A stretch of DNA of 64,000 bases. It comes from an uncultured virus (IMG/VR IMGVR_UViG_3300003876_000001) (taxonomy: Duplodnaviria > Heunggongvirae > Uroviricota > Caudoviricetes). The DNA lies in the IMG/VR virus record IMGVR_UViG_3300003876_000001, positions 62,001-126,000 of that record. One strand, given 5' to 3'. A program made the translations under genes and the position numbers. A model generated the notes under the pieces. That model was not told the origin of the DNA and made no database searches. It saw nothing but the letters and a program-made list of their open reading frames with translations. Positions 20,470 through 30,941 of the stretch are shown piece after piece (the stretch's first letter is position 1; every line of letters begins with the position of its first letter).

Positions 20470-22558
20470 ATACCAATCCTAAGTCTGCTAAAAATTGTGT
20501 ACAATTTGATCCATTTAATCCTTTATAGAAATATATATCAGTGTCTTGTGTACCTGTTGTACTACCATCTATTTTACCACTACCCATTGTTTTATCACTA
20601 CTACCTGCAATAGGAACGAGACTCAAACCATTTTTATAATCACTACCAATCAGAGGATCTAGTAATGTTGATTTTTTAAATCCTTTTGATGATATGTTGT
20701 TAAATAATAATATATCTTCCTTCGGTACTTCAATTATATCTGTAAAGTGTAAATCAATTCTAGGAAACCATTGTGTATTTAAAACATTTGCCGCAATTGG
20801 TTGGTTGTTAGAATCAATAAAATGATAACCATGATTACTAGCATGTTGAAAATTTGGATTTGATTTCATATCTTGATATGCTGAAACATCACCTTGAAAT
20901 CTACCATTTTGAACAAAATATATAGTAAAATTCATCCAATTACCACCAAATTGAGTACCATCAGATTTGTTTGATGGAAATTCTTTAGTACTACTTAATA
21001 TATCAGCAGTATCTTGAACCCATAAAATACCAACATTCCAATGACTTTCTGTTGAAGTCATTATATTATTTAAATCCCAAGCAGTACCATTATTAACAAA
21101 ACCATTAACTTGATTTAATGCACTATTTTGTGAACTACTGCTCGAATTAAATGTTGTACCATGAAATCTTGCAACACTATATATTTTATTCAAATTAAAT
21201 GTATGATGTTGTTTTCTCCAAGCATTAATTATTGGTTCATCATCTGTTGAACTAAGAGTATTACCAAGTGTTGTTGATGATTGTGGAAATTTATATTTAT
21301 ATCTTAAAGGTCTAACTGCTCGATTATTACCAGATGTTAGTTCACCACTAAATCCCATTGGTAGTGTTTCTGAACTAATTTCTAATGTTAAAAATCCTTT
21401 AAATTCTGTAAACACTCCTGATGGGTTATCATCATCAACTGGAACTAGTTCACCTTCTTCATTTGTAACTACTTTATTTCTATTACATGGAATAATATAA
21501 ACAAAATCACCTTCATTAATAAATTTTGCATATTGAGTATCACTTAATTTAATCATTCTTTCTTCTAATGGATCAAGTGTAGAATTTGCAATATCTGCAT
21601 CACTAACATTTGCAGGATAATAAAATATTTGTTCAGTTACTTCTGCTGCTCTATTAGTTGCCATAAATTTTTCTAAATTATGTTCTCTATAAAGTTCTCT
21701 AACTGTCTTATTACTACCACCTTCTTCGGCAATCCACATTTCATCATCACCATTAGTAAATCCACTACCAAACATAGTAAATGTTGAAACTAATTCTGCA
21801 CGTATTCTAAAATCTTGTCTTGTTATGCCAATATCAAATATTTCATTATCACCACAAAAAGGTATAACATCCACACTAATTTCTTGTGTTTCAATATTTG
21901 GTAAATCATCTAAATCAGTACTTGGTTTAATTTTAGTTCCATTGTCAGTAAATAAATTAGGTGAATAACCTAGATTAGTTACCATTGTAGCAGGTGTCAT
22001 TGAAAATTGTCCAATGTCCGTAATGTCGACTGACATATGAACTGTTTGTGTACCTACTGGAACTCCAAACAACATATAATCACCAGATTCATTAGTTACA
22101 GTACTAAACTTATAGTATTTATCATATACTTCTAACCAACTATCATTTGTTACCACTTCTTCTTTTGTTGGAAATGTCCCAAATGGTTGTTTTGGTCTTA
22201 CAGTACCATCTGTTTGTATTTGCGCTACACGTGGTAATAAATTATATCTTTTACCTGTTGTATTTTTATCACGTGGATTTTCATATGGATATATCGCCCT
22301 TATTTCTGCATTTTGTTTATCATCTTCACTAATAGGTATAAATATTGAAATCTTAGCATTAGGTATTCCAACAGAACCATTAGCATTAACTCTACCAACA
22401 ATAATACCATAATCACAATTAAATGCTTCATAAATATCCTTTTGATCTATTTTTAATGATAAAATTTCAAAAGTATCTACATCTTGTTCAAGTTTCAATT
22501 TAATGGACTTATCTGCATTTGTACCTATGTCGGTTTTTATTCTATATGATTTGTTCAT
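20468..22558 (-). CDS. Putative baseplate/structural protein
   Basis: N-terminal YGIIVGRV.ANG..GIPNAKISIFIP and TNESGDYMLFGVPVG beta-sandwich-like motifs; late motif at 22583; next to sheath. Confidence 0.55.
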   Translation of the reverse strand: MNKSYRIKTDIGTNADKSIKLKLEQDVDTFEILSLKIDQKDIYEAFNCDYGIIVGRVNANGSVGIPNAKISIFIPISEDDKQNAEIRAIYPYENPRDKNTTGKRYNLLPRVAQIQTDGTVRPKQPFGTFPTKEEVVTNDSWLEVYDKYYKFSTVTNESGDYMLFGVPVGTQTVHMSVDITDIGQFSMTPATMVTNLGYSPNLFTDNGTKIKPSTDLDDLPNIETQEISVDVIPFCGDNEIFDIGITRQDFRIRAELVSTFTMFGSGFTNGDDEMWIAEEGGSNKTVRELYREHNLEKFMATNRAAEVTEQIFYYPANVSDADIANSTLDPLEERMIKLSDTQYAKFINEGDFVYIIPCNRNKVVTNEEGELVPVDDDNPSGVFTEFKGFLTLEISSETLPMGFSGELTSGNNRAVRPLRYKYKFPQSSTTLGNTLSSTDDEPIINAWRKQHHTFNLNKIYSVARFHGTTFNSSSSSQNSALNQVNGFVNNGTAWDLNNIMTSTESHWNVGILWVQDTADILSSTKEFPSNKSDGTQFGGNWMNFTIYFVQNGRFQGDVSAYQDMKSNPNFQHASNHGYHFIDSNNQPIAANVLNTQWFPRIDLHFTDIIEVPKEDILLFNNISSKGFKKSTLLDPLIGSDYKNGLSLVPIAGSSDKTMGSGKIDGSTTGTQDTDIYFYKGLNGSNCTQFLADLGLV

Positions 22559-22705
22559 AATATAACAATTTTAGAGTTTTTTATAAATAGTTCTGTTATA
22601 AATTCTTGATTTTCATAAATAAAAAAGTATTTATAAAAAAACATAGTATAACTATTGTGTTAGAATGCAAAAATAATAAAAATAAAAGAATAAAACAAGA
22701 TTAAT

Positions 22706-25459
22706 ATGGCTGAATTTGTATTTACCTCACCCGGTTATAAATTTCGTGAAAGAGACTTATCTTTCGTTACTAGAAATGTTGGTGTAACAACATTGGGAAT
22801 CGTAGGTGAAACTGTTAAAGGACCTGCTTTTGAACCAGTATTCGTACAGGACAAAGGACAATTTAGAACTCGTTTTGGTGAACAAAACACTGAAAAATTT
22901 CCAAGTGGGAATTTAGAATTAAGATATCAATTACCCTATGCAGTTAATGCATATCTAAATGAATCAAACCAAGCATGGGTAACAAGAGTACTTGGTTTAT
23001 CGGGATATGATGCAGGTACTGCATGGGCAATTACATTAAGTGCAGGTGTTGATGAAGCAACAATAGGAGAAGTATCTACCGCAGCACCTGTTAGTGTACC
23101 TTTCAGTAATGGAAGCTATTTAGGTGTAGGTTTAAATGCTATTGGACAAACTGGTTCAACTTTTACTGGATTTACTAAATCTGGTTCAGCTTTTACTGGT
23201 GTAAGACATGATTTTGTAGTAACATCATATACAGGAACTTCATTAAGTGGTACTGTTGATGATACATTGGTAACTTTTAGTGCAACATCTCAAACTGAAT
23301 TAGAAAATATGGTACTTGCAGTAGTTCGTTCAAGAGGTAGTGTAACGGATAATGATGATGCAGTACCTACAACAAGATTTGATACTGACACATTAACAAT
23401 GATTGCAAATGAAACTAATACAGGTATTGGTAATATGTTTGGGAATTTTGAATTAAGTGCATTCAAAGCACCTGATGCATTTGATACTGATCCATCAACA
23501 GAAACTTTTGTAGTATCATTAGATCCTAATTCAGCAGAATTCTTACCAAGTGTAATTGGTAGCGAACCTAAAGGTAAAAATGGTAAAATTTGGTGTGAAA
23601 GAGTTTATCCAGATTTAACAAGATTATTAGATGCTAATGGTAGTGGTTATGGTTTAAATACAATAATGATTGATGCAGATGCATCAATATTTACAGATTA
23701 TCAAGAGCAATTTCAAACACCTGAAACCCCTTGGGTTGTATCACAATTAAAAGGTAATGATGTTGATCAATTATTTAAATTCATATCAATATCTGATGGT
23801 GATAATGCAAATAAAGAAATTAAAATATCAATAACTAATATTGATCCAATTTCAAAAGAATTTAATATTATAGTTCGTGACTTTAATGATACAGATGCAA
23901 ATCCTATTGTATTAGAATCGTTTTCACGTTGTGTAATGAGAAAAGGTGAAACTAATTTTATTGGTAATAGAATTGGTACTGCTAATGGTGAATATGTTCT
24001 TCAAAGTGAATATATTATGTTAGAGATTAATGAAAATGCTGAACCAGATGCTTTCCCTGCTGGTTTTGAGGGTTATATTCAAAATGATTGGGCAGCTTCT
24101 GCTACAACAGCTTCTGCCGAAGGTATTGCACCATCAATACTTTATAAAACATTTTATTTACCAGACGAAAGATTAAATAGAGTATCATTAGGTATTTCTG
24201 AAACTGCTTATTCAGCAGATAATTTTATTAATACAATAGGTATAGATCAAAATCATTTTAATTACAGAGGTAAAGGTACTCCTGCTAAATCTAAAGGTTT
24301 CCATATGGATTCTGGTGCTACAGGTATTTTCTATGATGGTAATACATTAATAGGAGAATTTGAAGTTGGTGCTGGTAGATTTAGAACTTCAGGTGATATT
24401 CAAGATGGTGATGTTTATGGTGAAGTAAATTCACGTAAATTTACATTAGTTCCTGCTGGTGGTTTTGATGGTTGGGATGAACATCGTGGATCAAGAACTT
24501 TTGGTGATAATTATAGAAAAGGTGGAATATTTGATGGTGTTGAAGATGGTGTTACACCACATAATGATTTCCAAGCATGGGAAACTGCAATATTAACATT
24601 TGCAAACCCTGAAGAAGTTACAATTAACATATTTGCAACACCGGGAATTAATTTTGGTGATAATACTGTAATTGTTCAAGATACTATTGAAATAATGGAA
24701 ACACAAAGAACTGATACATTATATATTATTGATTCTCCTGATATTGATATTGCTATCGAAGTAGGTGAAAGAGCAGATAATCTTGCAGCAACAGAGATTG
24801 TTGATTTACTAGAAAATACTGCAATTGATACAAGTTATGCTTGTACATATTTCCCTTGGATTCAAATTCCAGATACACAAAATAACGTTAACATTTGGTT
24901 ACCACCTACTGGTGAGGTACTTAAAGCAATGGCATTTACTGATAATGTTAAATTCCCTTGGTATGCACCTGCTGGTTTACAAAGAGGTGTGACTGATGCA
25001 AGAAGATCAAAATATAGAATGTCTCAAGATTCTAGAGATACACTTTATGCTGGTAGAATTAATCCAATGGCTGATTTTTCAGATGTTGGAACTGCAATAT
25101 TTGGTCAAAAGACTCTTCAATTTAAAGAAAGTGCACTTGATAGAATTAATGTAAGAAGATTATTACTTCAAATTAAAGTTCTTATTGCTAACATAGCAAG
25201 TAAGTTATTATTTGAACAAAATGATCAAGCAACAGTAGATGAATTCTTATCTAAAGCTAATCCAGTATTGGATTCTATTAGAAGAGAAAGAGGTCTTACT
25301 GAATTTAGAATTAAGATGGATGATTCAAATAACTCTCCTGAAAGTAGAGATAGAAACGAATTATTTGGTGAAATATTCTTGAAGCCTACCAAGTCTCTTG
25401 AATTCATCGGTATTACGTTCACTATTACTCCTGAAGGTGCATCGTTTGATGATTTATAA
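22706..25459 (+). CDS. Contractile tail sheath protein
   Basis: FTSPGY..RERDLS, KGPAFEP, PWYAPAG..RG, RINP, FGQKTL, DRINVRRLL, LFEQND, FLKPTKSLEFI. Confidence 0.95.
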   Translation: MAEFVFTSPGYKFRERDLSFVTRNVGVTTLGIVGETVKGPAFEPVFVQDKGQFRTRFGEQNTEKFPSGNLELRYQLPYAVNAYLNESNQAWVTRVLGLSGYDAGTAWAITLSAGVDEATIGEVSTAAPVSVPFSNGSYLGVGLNAIGQTGSTFTGFTKSGSAFTGVRHDFVVTSYTGTSLSGTVDDTLVTFSATSQTELENMVLAVVRSRGSVTDNDDAVPTTRFDTDTLTMIANETNTGIGNMFGNFELSAFKAPDAFDTDPSTETFVVSLDPNSAEFLPSVIGSEPKGKNGKIWCERVYPDLTRLLDANGSGYGLNTIMIDADASIFTDYQEQFQTPETPWVVSQLKGNDVDQLFKFISISDGDNANKEIKISITNIDPISKEFNIIVRDFNDTDANPIVLESFSRCVMRKGETNFIGNRIGTANGEYVLQSEYIMLEINENAEPDAFPAGFEGYIQNDWAASATTASAEGIAPSILYKTFYLPDERLNRVSLGISETAYSADNFINTIGIDQNHFNYRGKGTPAKSKGFHMDSGATGIFYDGNTLIGEFEVGAGRFRTSGDIQDGDVYGEVNSRKFTLVPAGGFDGWDEHRGSRTFGDNYRKGGIFDGVEDGVTPHNDFQAWETAILTFANPEEVTINIFATPGINFGDNTVIVQDTIEIMETQRTDTLYIIDSPDIDIAIEVGERADNLAATEIVDLLENTAIDTSYACTYFPWIQIPDTQNNVNIWLPPTGEVLKAMAFTDNVKFPWYAPAGLQRGVTDARRSKYRMSQDSRDTLYAGRINPMADFSDVGTAIFGQKTLQFKESALDRINVRRLLLQIKVLIANIASKLLFEQNDQATVDEFLSKANPVLDSIRRERGLTEFRIKMDDSNNSPESRDRNELFGEIFLKPTKSLEFIGITFTITPEGASFDDL

Positions 25460-25465
25460 TTAATA

Positions 25466-25509
25466 AACATAATCTAAAGTGGTCTAATTAGACCACTTTA
25501 GATTATGTT
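25466..25509. repeat. 44-bp perfect palindrome after sheath gene
   Basis: AACATAATCTAAAGTGGTCTAA|TTAGACCACTTTAGATTATGTT. Confidence 0.95.
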
Positions 25510-25536
25510 CAGTATTTATGAAAAAATATAATTCTT

Positions 25537-25950
25537 ATGAAAAAGGACGATATGATTAAACATTTAATTGAAAATGGTGAATTTACTAAAAAGGAATTAA
25601 ATAAAATGAAGGTTGAACAAGTTCAAGAATTATTTGATGAAAGATTTTCTATCGAGTATGAGGATGATGATTTTTCCGAAGATTTAGAAATTACTGTTAA
25701 TGTAGTTGAAGAAGATATAAAAATATTAGAAGATAATCATGGTATTGATGCTGAAGCAGAATTAATTAAAATATTAGAACAAGAAATAGAAAAAACAAAA
25801 GAAGAAGTTATTAATGAAGAAATTGTAGTTGATATTACTAAATTAAGTCCAATGGAACAACGTGCATATCGTAGAACAGGTATATTACCACAAATAACAA
25901 TTAATAGATATACTAGATTTGATGATGAAACTCCTAAGATGAATAATTAA
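25537..25950 (+). CDS. Acidic hypothetical protein
   Basis: Late motif at 25511; contains HGIDAEAELIKIL. Confidence 0.6.
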   Translation: MKKDDMIKHLIENGEFTKKELNKMKVEQVQELFDERFSIEYEDDDFSEDLEITVNVVEEDIKILEDNHGIDAEAELIKILEQEIEKTKEEVINEEIVVDITKLSPMEQRAYRRTGILPQITINRYTRFDDETPKMNN

Positions 25951-27655
25951 ATTTTAGATTTCCACAATCATAAATCCATAAATAACCAATTTCAGACATA
26001 ATTTCATTTGCTGTTTTAGTTTTATTATATCCTTTTTTTATTAAAATATTTTTATTATATTTAAATCTATATTCTCTATTTAAACTATTTTGTTTAAAAT
26101 ACCAAAAATTTGGTTTTGTTGAATGAATAAAATTAAATTTTAATTTCTCATATAAATTACCATCAAAATATCTCCTATCGGCATATGAAATTATTTGTTT
26201 TGGTTTATAATTATTTAAAAAATATTTAAATAATTTACTTGCTCCACCTATTATACTTGTATTTAATTTATTACAAAACCTATACATTTCATATTCACCT
26301 TCTTTAGACTTACCACCCATCATTTTTCTTAATTTTCCAAAGGTCATTAAACTAACTAATTTTTCATTATAAAACAAACCTAATCTAATGCTTGCATTAA
26401 CATTACCTTGTATGTGATTTTTATTAAGAAATTCTTTTGATTCTTTAGAAGTTATTTCTTTAATAATACATTTTCTACCAAATATTTTATTTTCAATTAA
26501 TCCTAATTTAGCTTTAATTATGGATTTAACAATATCAGATTTATAAACCCATTCATCCTCAAAGATATGTAGTAGTTGAATTCCCTTTGCATTTGCTAAT
26601 TCTGTTTTATTTAAGTGATAATTTTTATCTTTAAATAAATCTGAATGCCAATATAATCCATTAAATTCAATTGCTAAATTAAAATTTGGAAGAAATATAT
26701 CAATTTCTTTACCATTAAGAATTTTTCTATCATTTTCAATGATATTAAGTTTTAAATCTGATATTAACCAATCTTTAATTTCCTTTTCTTTTATTGATGA
26801 TTGTTCAGAGATAGGATTACATATTGTACATGTGTTTCTTACTCCATATTTTACTCTATGATAAAATAATGACTTATCAATTAAATATTCATCATGTTCA
26901 GTACATTGATTTTTTATTAAGTATTGACTACTACTTTTATTAACAATATTATCAACACCAAAATTTAATTTATTTTTTAATACGAATTTATTTAGTTTAC
27001 TATCTAATAATTTATTTTTAATACTTTCAACCTTCATCACACTATCAACACCATATTTTTTTAAATTAGTATGTCTTAGTTTTTCTTTAACAGATTTTAA
27101 TTTACTTGGATTATCAACACCATATCTTTTTAAATTATTACTTTTAATTCTATTCTTAATTTCATCAGATTGTATTGGGTGTTTTGTTTTATATCTTTCT
27201 AGGTTTGTTTTTTCTATTTTATTCTTAATTTCATCAGATTGAAAACAGTGTTCAACACCATATTTTTTTAGATTATTACTTTTAATTTTATTCTTAATTT
27301 CATCAGATTGACTAATATACTCAACACCATATTTTTCTTTTACAGTATTTTTAATATTATTTAATCTTTTTTCACCCTTCCCCCCACATTGTAAATTACA
27401 ATATTTTCTATATCCTTCGGTAAAAACACCTCTCCATTTAATTTCACTACCACATGTTAGACATTTTGGGATTTTTTTTATGTTATATAAATAATTATAT
27501 AATTTTTGATTAAATAACATCTTAGAATGATTTAATTGATAATTTTCAATATTATTATATAATTTAGAAAATTTTTTTTCTACGTGTTTTTCTCTAGTTT
27601 TATATCCAGATTTATTATTAGTTGTAAAATATTGTTTAAATTTTTCAATAATCAT
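25934..27655 (-). CDS. Free-standing endonuclease (KYGV repeats + Vsr/PD-(D/E)xK-like + GNAT-like domain)
   Basis: Near-identical C-terminal half to 13907 gene; inserted antisense between sheath and tube genes. Confidence 0.8.
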   Translation of the reverse strand: MIIEKFKQYFTTNNKSGYKTREKHVEKKFSKLYNNIENYQLNHSKMLFNQKLYNYLYNIKKIPKCLTCGSEIKWRGVFTEGYRKYCNLQCGGKGEKRLNNIKNTVKEKYGVEYISQSDEIKNKIKSNNLKKYGVEHCFQSDEIKNKIEKTNLERYKTKHPIQSDEIKNRIKSNNLKRYGVDNPSKLKSVKEKLRHTNLKKYGVDSVMKVESIKNKLLDSKLNKFVLKNKLNFGVDNIVNKSSSQYLIKNQCTEHDEYLIDKSLFYHRVKYGVRNTCTICNPISEQSSIKEKEIKDWLISDLKLNIIENDRKILNGKEIDIFLPNFNLAIEFNGLYWHSDLFKDKNYHLNKTELANAKGIQLLHIFEDEWVYKSDIVKSIIKAKLGLIENKIFGRKCIIKEITSKESKEFLNKNHIQGNVNASIRLGLFYNEKLVSLMTFGKLRKMMGGKSKEGEYEMYRFCNKLNTSIIGGASKLFKYFLNNYKPKQIISYADRRYFDGNLYEKLKFNFIHSTKPNFWYFKQNSLNREYRFKYNKNILIKKGYNKTKTANEIMSEIGYLWIYDCGNLKFNYSS

Positions 27656-27722
27656 ATTTTTTTTTTATTTGTAAAGTATTTATCAACAAAGATAATAACA
27701 ATTAAATATAAATACTAGAGAA

Positions 27723-28211
27723 ATGGCAGAAATGTTAAGAGGAATTCCGTTTGATTTTGAACCTAAAAGAGAAAATAGATTCTTTGCGGAGTTTTCAAGC
27801 GAATTAGGAATAGAAGTATGGAAAGTACAAACTTTCAAAAGACCAACATTAAATATAAATTCTGTGGAAATACCATACCTTAATGAATTCAATTACGTTG
27901 CTGGTAAATATAAGTGGGGAACATTAGATATAACATTTATTGATACGATAGGTCCTTCGACCTCAAATCAATTAATGGAATGGGTAAGACTACACGCAGA
28001 ATCACTTACTGGTCGTATGGGTTACGCAGCTGGATATAAGAAAAATATTAACTTAAAGGCACTTGATCCAACAGGTGTAGAAGTTGAAAAATGGTTTATA
28101 GAGCAAGCACAAATTGTAGATGTTGACTTTGGTACAAATGATCATAGTTCGGATGAATTACAGAAAATTACTGTAACAATCCAACCTTGGAGATGTATTT
28201 TAAATTACTAA
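27723..28211 (+). CDS. Tail tube protein (T4 gp19-like)
   Basis: FEPKRENRF, AGKYKW..L.ITF.D, LMEWV, LDPTG..VEKW; follows sheath. Confidence 0.85.
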   Translation: MAEMLRGIPFDFEPKRENRFFAEFSSELGIEVWKVQTFKRPTLNINSVEIPYLNEFNYVAGKYKWGTLDITFIDTIGPSTSNQLMEWVRLHAESLTGRMGYAAGYKKNINLKALDPTGVEVEKWFIEQAQIVDVDFGTNDHSSDELQKITVTIQPWRCILNY

Positions 28212-28249
28212 AAATTCGCTTTAGGACTTGGTTATGTTATAACTAGACT

Positions 28250-28278
28250 AAAAAAAGGGACTTATTGTTCCTTTTTTT
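28250..28278. terminator. Bidirectional terminator
   Basis: A-run GGGAC-TTATT-GTTCC T-run between convergent genes. Confidence 0.7.
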
Positions 28279-29078
28279 TATATACTTAATTTCATACGAT
28301 GATCTCTAAGCATATCATCAGCTAAGTTTGTAAAATTTTTACATTTTTTTACTTCAAAGTTTTCATTCTTATGTGAGAACCAAACAATATGTGAATCACC
28401 TAATTGAATATTAATATTTTTCTCAATAATATATTTATATGTTGAAAGTTGAAGTGAATAAATATCTATTTCAGTATTATTAACCAAATATAGTGGATAT
28501 TCTAAAAATCTAATATTATTTTCATCTTCATTAAATGCATTATCGGCAGAATTAGTTTTCCAGTCCCAAATTTCAAACTTCTTAGATTTACGATTATAAA
28601 ATAACATATCAACCATACCAGCAATCATGAATTCTTCATCATAAACAACTAATTCAGTTTTAATTGGTATTAATATATTTTTAACAGTACTATAGAAATT
28701 ATCAACAAGTTTTTTTGTTTTAAGATATTCTTCTTCAACAGGATCATATCCAAACTTTTTTTCAATCATATCTTTAGGATATGGGAAAATTTTATTTAAG
28801 AATAAATTTTCAATATAGTCGTGGATAGCAGAACCCTTAGTTGTTGCCCTTTCATTAATAAATCTCCAACCATATTTAACATCATTAGGGTGAACATTAA
28901 ATTGTTTACCTTTTATTCTAGACCATTTTTCTTCTTCAAACCCTTCTTCATAGGAATTAATTAATGTAGTTACAGAAGTAAACTGCTTATCATCTAAAAA
29001 ATATTTATGTGGTTCATCATGATATTTGATGTCATTAAATTTATAGAATAGTTCTTGTGGTATATTTGGTATAACCAT
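28278..29078 (-). CDS. PD-(D/E)xK exonuclease (Cas4/RecB-like)
   Basis: SVTTLI, GSAIH, AGMVD, IWDWKT, Y.LQLS.Y. Confidence 0.85.
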   Translation of the reverse strand: MVIPNIPQELFYKFNDIKYHDEPHKYFLDDKQFTSVTTLINSYEEGFEEEKWSRIKGKQFNVHPNDVKYGWRFINERATTKGSAIHDYIENLFLNKIFPYPKDMIEKKFGYDPVEEEYLKTKKLVDNFYSTVKNILIPIKTELVVYDEEFMIAGMVDMLFYNRKSKKFEIWDWKTNSADNAFNEDENNIRFLEYPLYLVNNTEIDIYSLQLSTYKYIIEKNINIQLGDSHIVWFSHKNENFEVKKCKNFTNLADDMLRDHRMKLSI

Positions 29079-29102
29079 AAATACAATAATACTATTAATT
29101 AT

Positions 29103-29431
29103 TTAAATTTTCAAGGTTTTTAGTTTAATTAGGATATTTGTTGTTAATATAGAATCATTATTATATGATAATTCACTCATTTCCATATTTTCAATTTTAC
29201 CTTCAAATTTTAATGTTTCTGATGATTTACCTGTTGGGTCTACTAAATCAATTGCATATTTCACTTCTGTATTAATTTCAATATTGTTAAATATTGTAGG
29301 TTTTCCAACAATTTCCATTATTTCCATTGTATGAAAATCTTTTGTTATTTTAAGTTTTTGTACTTGTATTACATCTATATTAATTCCTTCGGTAAAAGTA
29401 ACTAAAAATCTATTATTTTTTAGTGGTTCAT
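29103..29431 (-). pseudogene. Divergent tail-tube paralog lacking an in-frame ATG at its N-terminus
   Basis: Frame open upstream of 29327: EPLKNNRFLV...LVDPTGKSSE...ELSYNND, paralleling tube EPKRENRFFA/LDPTGVEVE. Confidence 0.55.
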
Positions 29432-30319
29432 TTAATTTATAACTATATTTTTTTGTAGTAATTGAGTAAAGTCTATTTTCTCTAGGTCAATAACTATTCC
29501 TGATTTGTCAACTGGTAGACTAGCGTATGGATGTATATGTTGAATTATTGCTTTACGTAGTATTTCTAGCGCATCCACAATAACATCTCCACGACCTAAT
29601 GGATGTGCCTCAGAAAATATTTTATTCCTGTCAGCAGCATCTAATTCGACTCCTTTAAATTTAGGAATACCATCGTGAGATATTAAGGCAATTCTATCTG
29701 CCATTACAACATTAGAACTCACAGTTTCACTATTACCAGTAGAAATATCAAAACTAAGTCTTATTGATGCTGGATTTAATTTATTTAATTTAAGATTATT
29801 TTCTAATTCGTGTTTACCTGCTCTAAGTTCAATATCTCTTTCACGTAAAATAATGTCAGTATTATCTCTACCTAATAAAGCAACGTCAGCTAATTCTGGA
29901 TAAATACCAGTTGCTTCTGGAACATTTGAAGGTGCTATTTCTGGTGTAGATACTGCTTGATGTGTTGTCGATAATGCCGTATAAATATTATCAAAATTAA
30001 TTTTTTGTGGTTGTGATATTACGCTACCAACCCAATATCTACCTCTTTGTGGATATTGTAAATCTTCTAAAATAATTCTTACAACTTCTCCAACTTTAGG
30101 ATATACGTGTAAAAATTTAGGAATTAATGGGTAACAATCAACTAGATTTTTATTGGTTATTTGATTATCAAGATCATGAATACGTACTTTAATTCTACCA
30201 CCATCAGTTGTATCTACAATAGATATAACTTCACCCCAATAAACACTTTTTATTTTTGCTTCTTGGTTTGTTTGTTTTTTATATGTGTTAGTTTGTTGTA
30301 TGTGTTTCTTTTCGTACAT
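29432..30319 (-). CDS. Baseplate central spike (gp5/gpV-like OB-fold)
   Basis: WGEVISIVD....GRIKVRI, PKVGE.V, C-terminal HIH motif. Confidence 0.75.
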   Translation of the reverse strand: MYEKKHIQQTNTYKKQTNQEAKIKSVYWGEVISIVDTTDGGRIKVRIHDLDNQITNKNLVDCYPLIPKFLHVYPKVGEVVRIILEDLQYPQRGRYWVGSVISQPQKINFDNIYTALSTTHQAVSTPEIAPSNVPEATGIYPELADVALLGRDNTDIILRERDIELRAGKHELENNLKLNKLNPASIRLSFDISTGNSETVSSNVVMADRIALISHDGIPKFKGVELDAADRNKIFSEAHPLGRGDVIVDALEILRKAIIQHIHPYASLPVDKSGIVIDLEKIDFTQLLQKNIVIN

Positions 30320-30320
30320 T

Positions 30321-30533
30321 TTATTCTTGTTTTGACATTAAAACACCCATTATTTCAACATATTTATCTTCTAAATTTTTCATTATTATTAATTTAGAAT
30401 TTATAGTTTTCTTTAGATCATCAACTTGGTCTAGTGATTTATATATTTCATCTCTAACCATTTGATGATTTTCATTTATCTTATTTACTAATATATTCAA
30501 CTCTATTGGGGTCATTTCATTTAAATCCTTCAT
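30321..30533 (-). CDS. Coiled-coil hypothetical protein
   Basis: 70-aa coupled ORF. Confidence 0.6.
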   Translation of the reverse strand: MKDLNEMTPIELNILVNKINENHQMVRDEIYKSLDQVDDLKKTINSKLIIMKNLEDKYVEIMGVLMSKQE

Positions 30534-30940
30534 TATTGTATTACTCCATATCCTTTTGTTAATGTTATTGTTGAACCTACTACTGTAACAGGTCCTGCCA
30601 CCGAAGCACCTGCTGCTGTTAATGAAGTACCGGGTGGTATTACAACTGTAATCAAACTTTCATTTTGAAATGCTTTAATTATTTCTTCAACTCTAATTCT
30701 TTCCATTATTTCATCAGGTGCAACACCACCAGAAGGTAATGCACCAACAGGTAACCCTGCTTCACTTTTTCTTGTTATTATTCTTGAAGCTATTGCTGTT
30801 GGAGATAATCCAGATCTTCTTGGTGCACCAATCAATATTAATGGTGAGGGTATATTAGTAGGAGCACCAATAGTTTGTATTTGTAATATTCTATTGAATC
30901 CACCAATAATTGAATCTAAATTGCCGAAATCTGTTGCCAT
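30533..30940 (-). CDS. Putative baseplate/spike-associated protein
   Basis: Pro/Gly-rich, VVIPPG..AGPVTVVG; adjacent to spike. Confidence 0.5.
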   Translation of the reverse strand: MATDFGNLDSIIGGFNRILQIQTIGAPTNIPSPLILIGAPRRSGLSPTAIASRIITRKSEAGLPVGALPSGGVAPDEIMERIRVEEIIKAFQNESLITVVIPPGTSLTAAGASVAGPVTVVGSTITLTKGYGVIQ

Positions 30941-30941
30941 A

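Noticed and set aside
27160..27340. Repeated TTATTCTTAATTTCATCAGATTG-like segments
   Set aside because: They encode the KYGV/QSDEIKN protein repeats of the nuclease
28217..28250. Extra hairpin before the tube terminator as an ncRNA
   Set aside because: Short imperfect stem with no second copy seen; insufficient support
28278..29078. Cas4-like nuclease as CRISPR evidence
   Set aside because: Stand-alone phage PD-(D/E)xK exonuclease with no array or other cas genes
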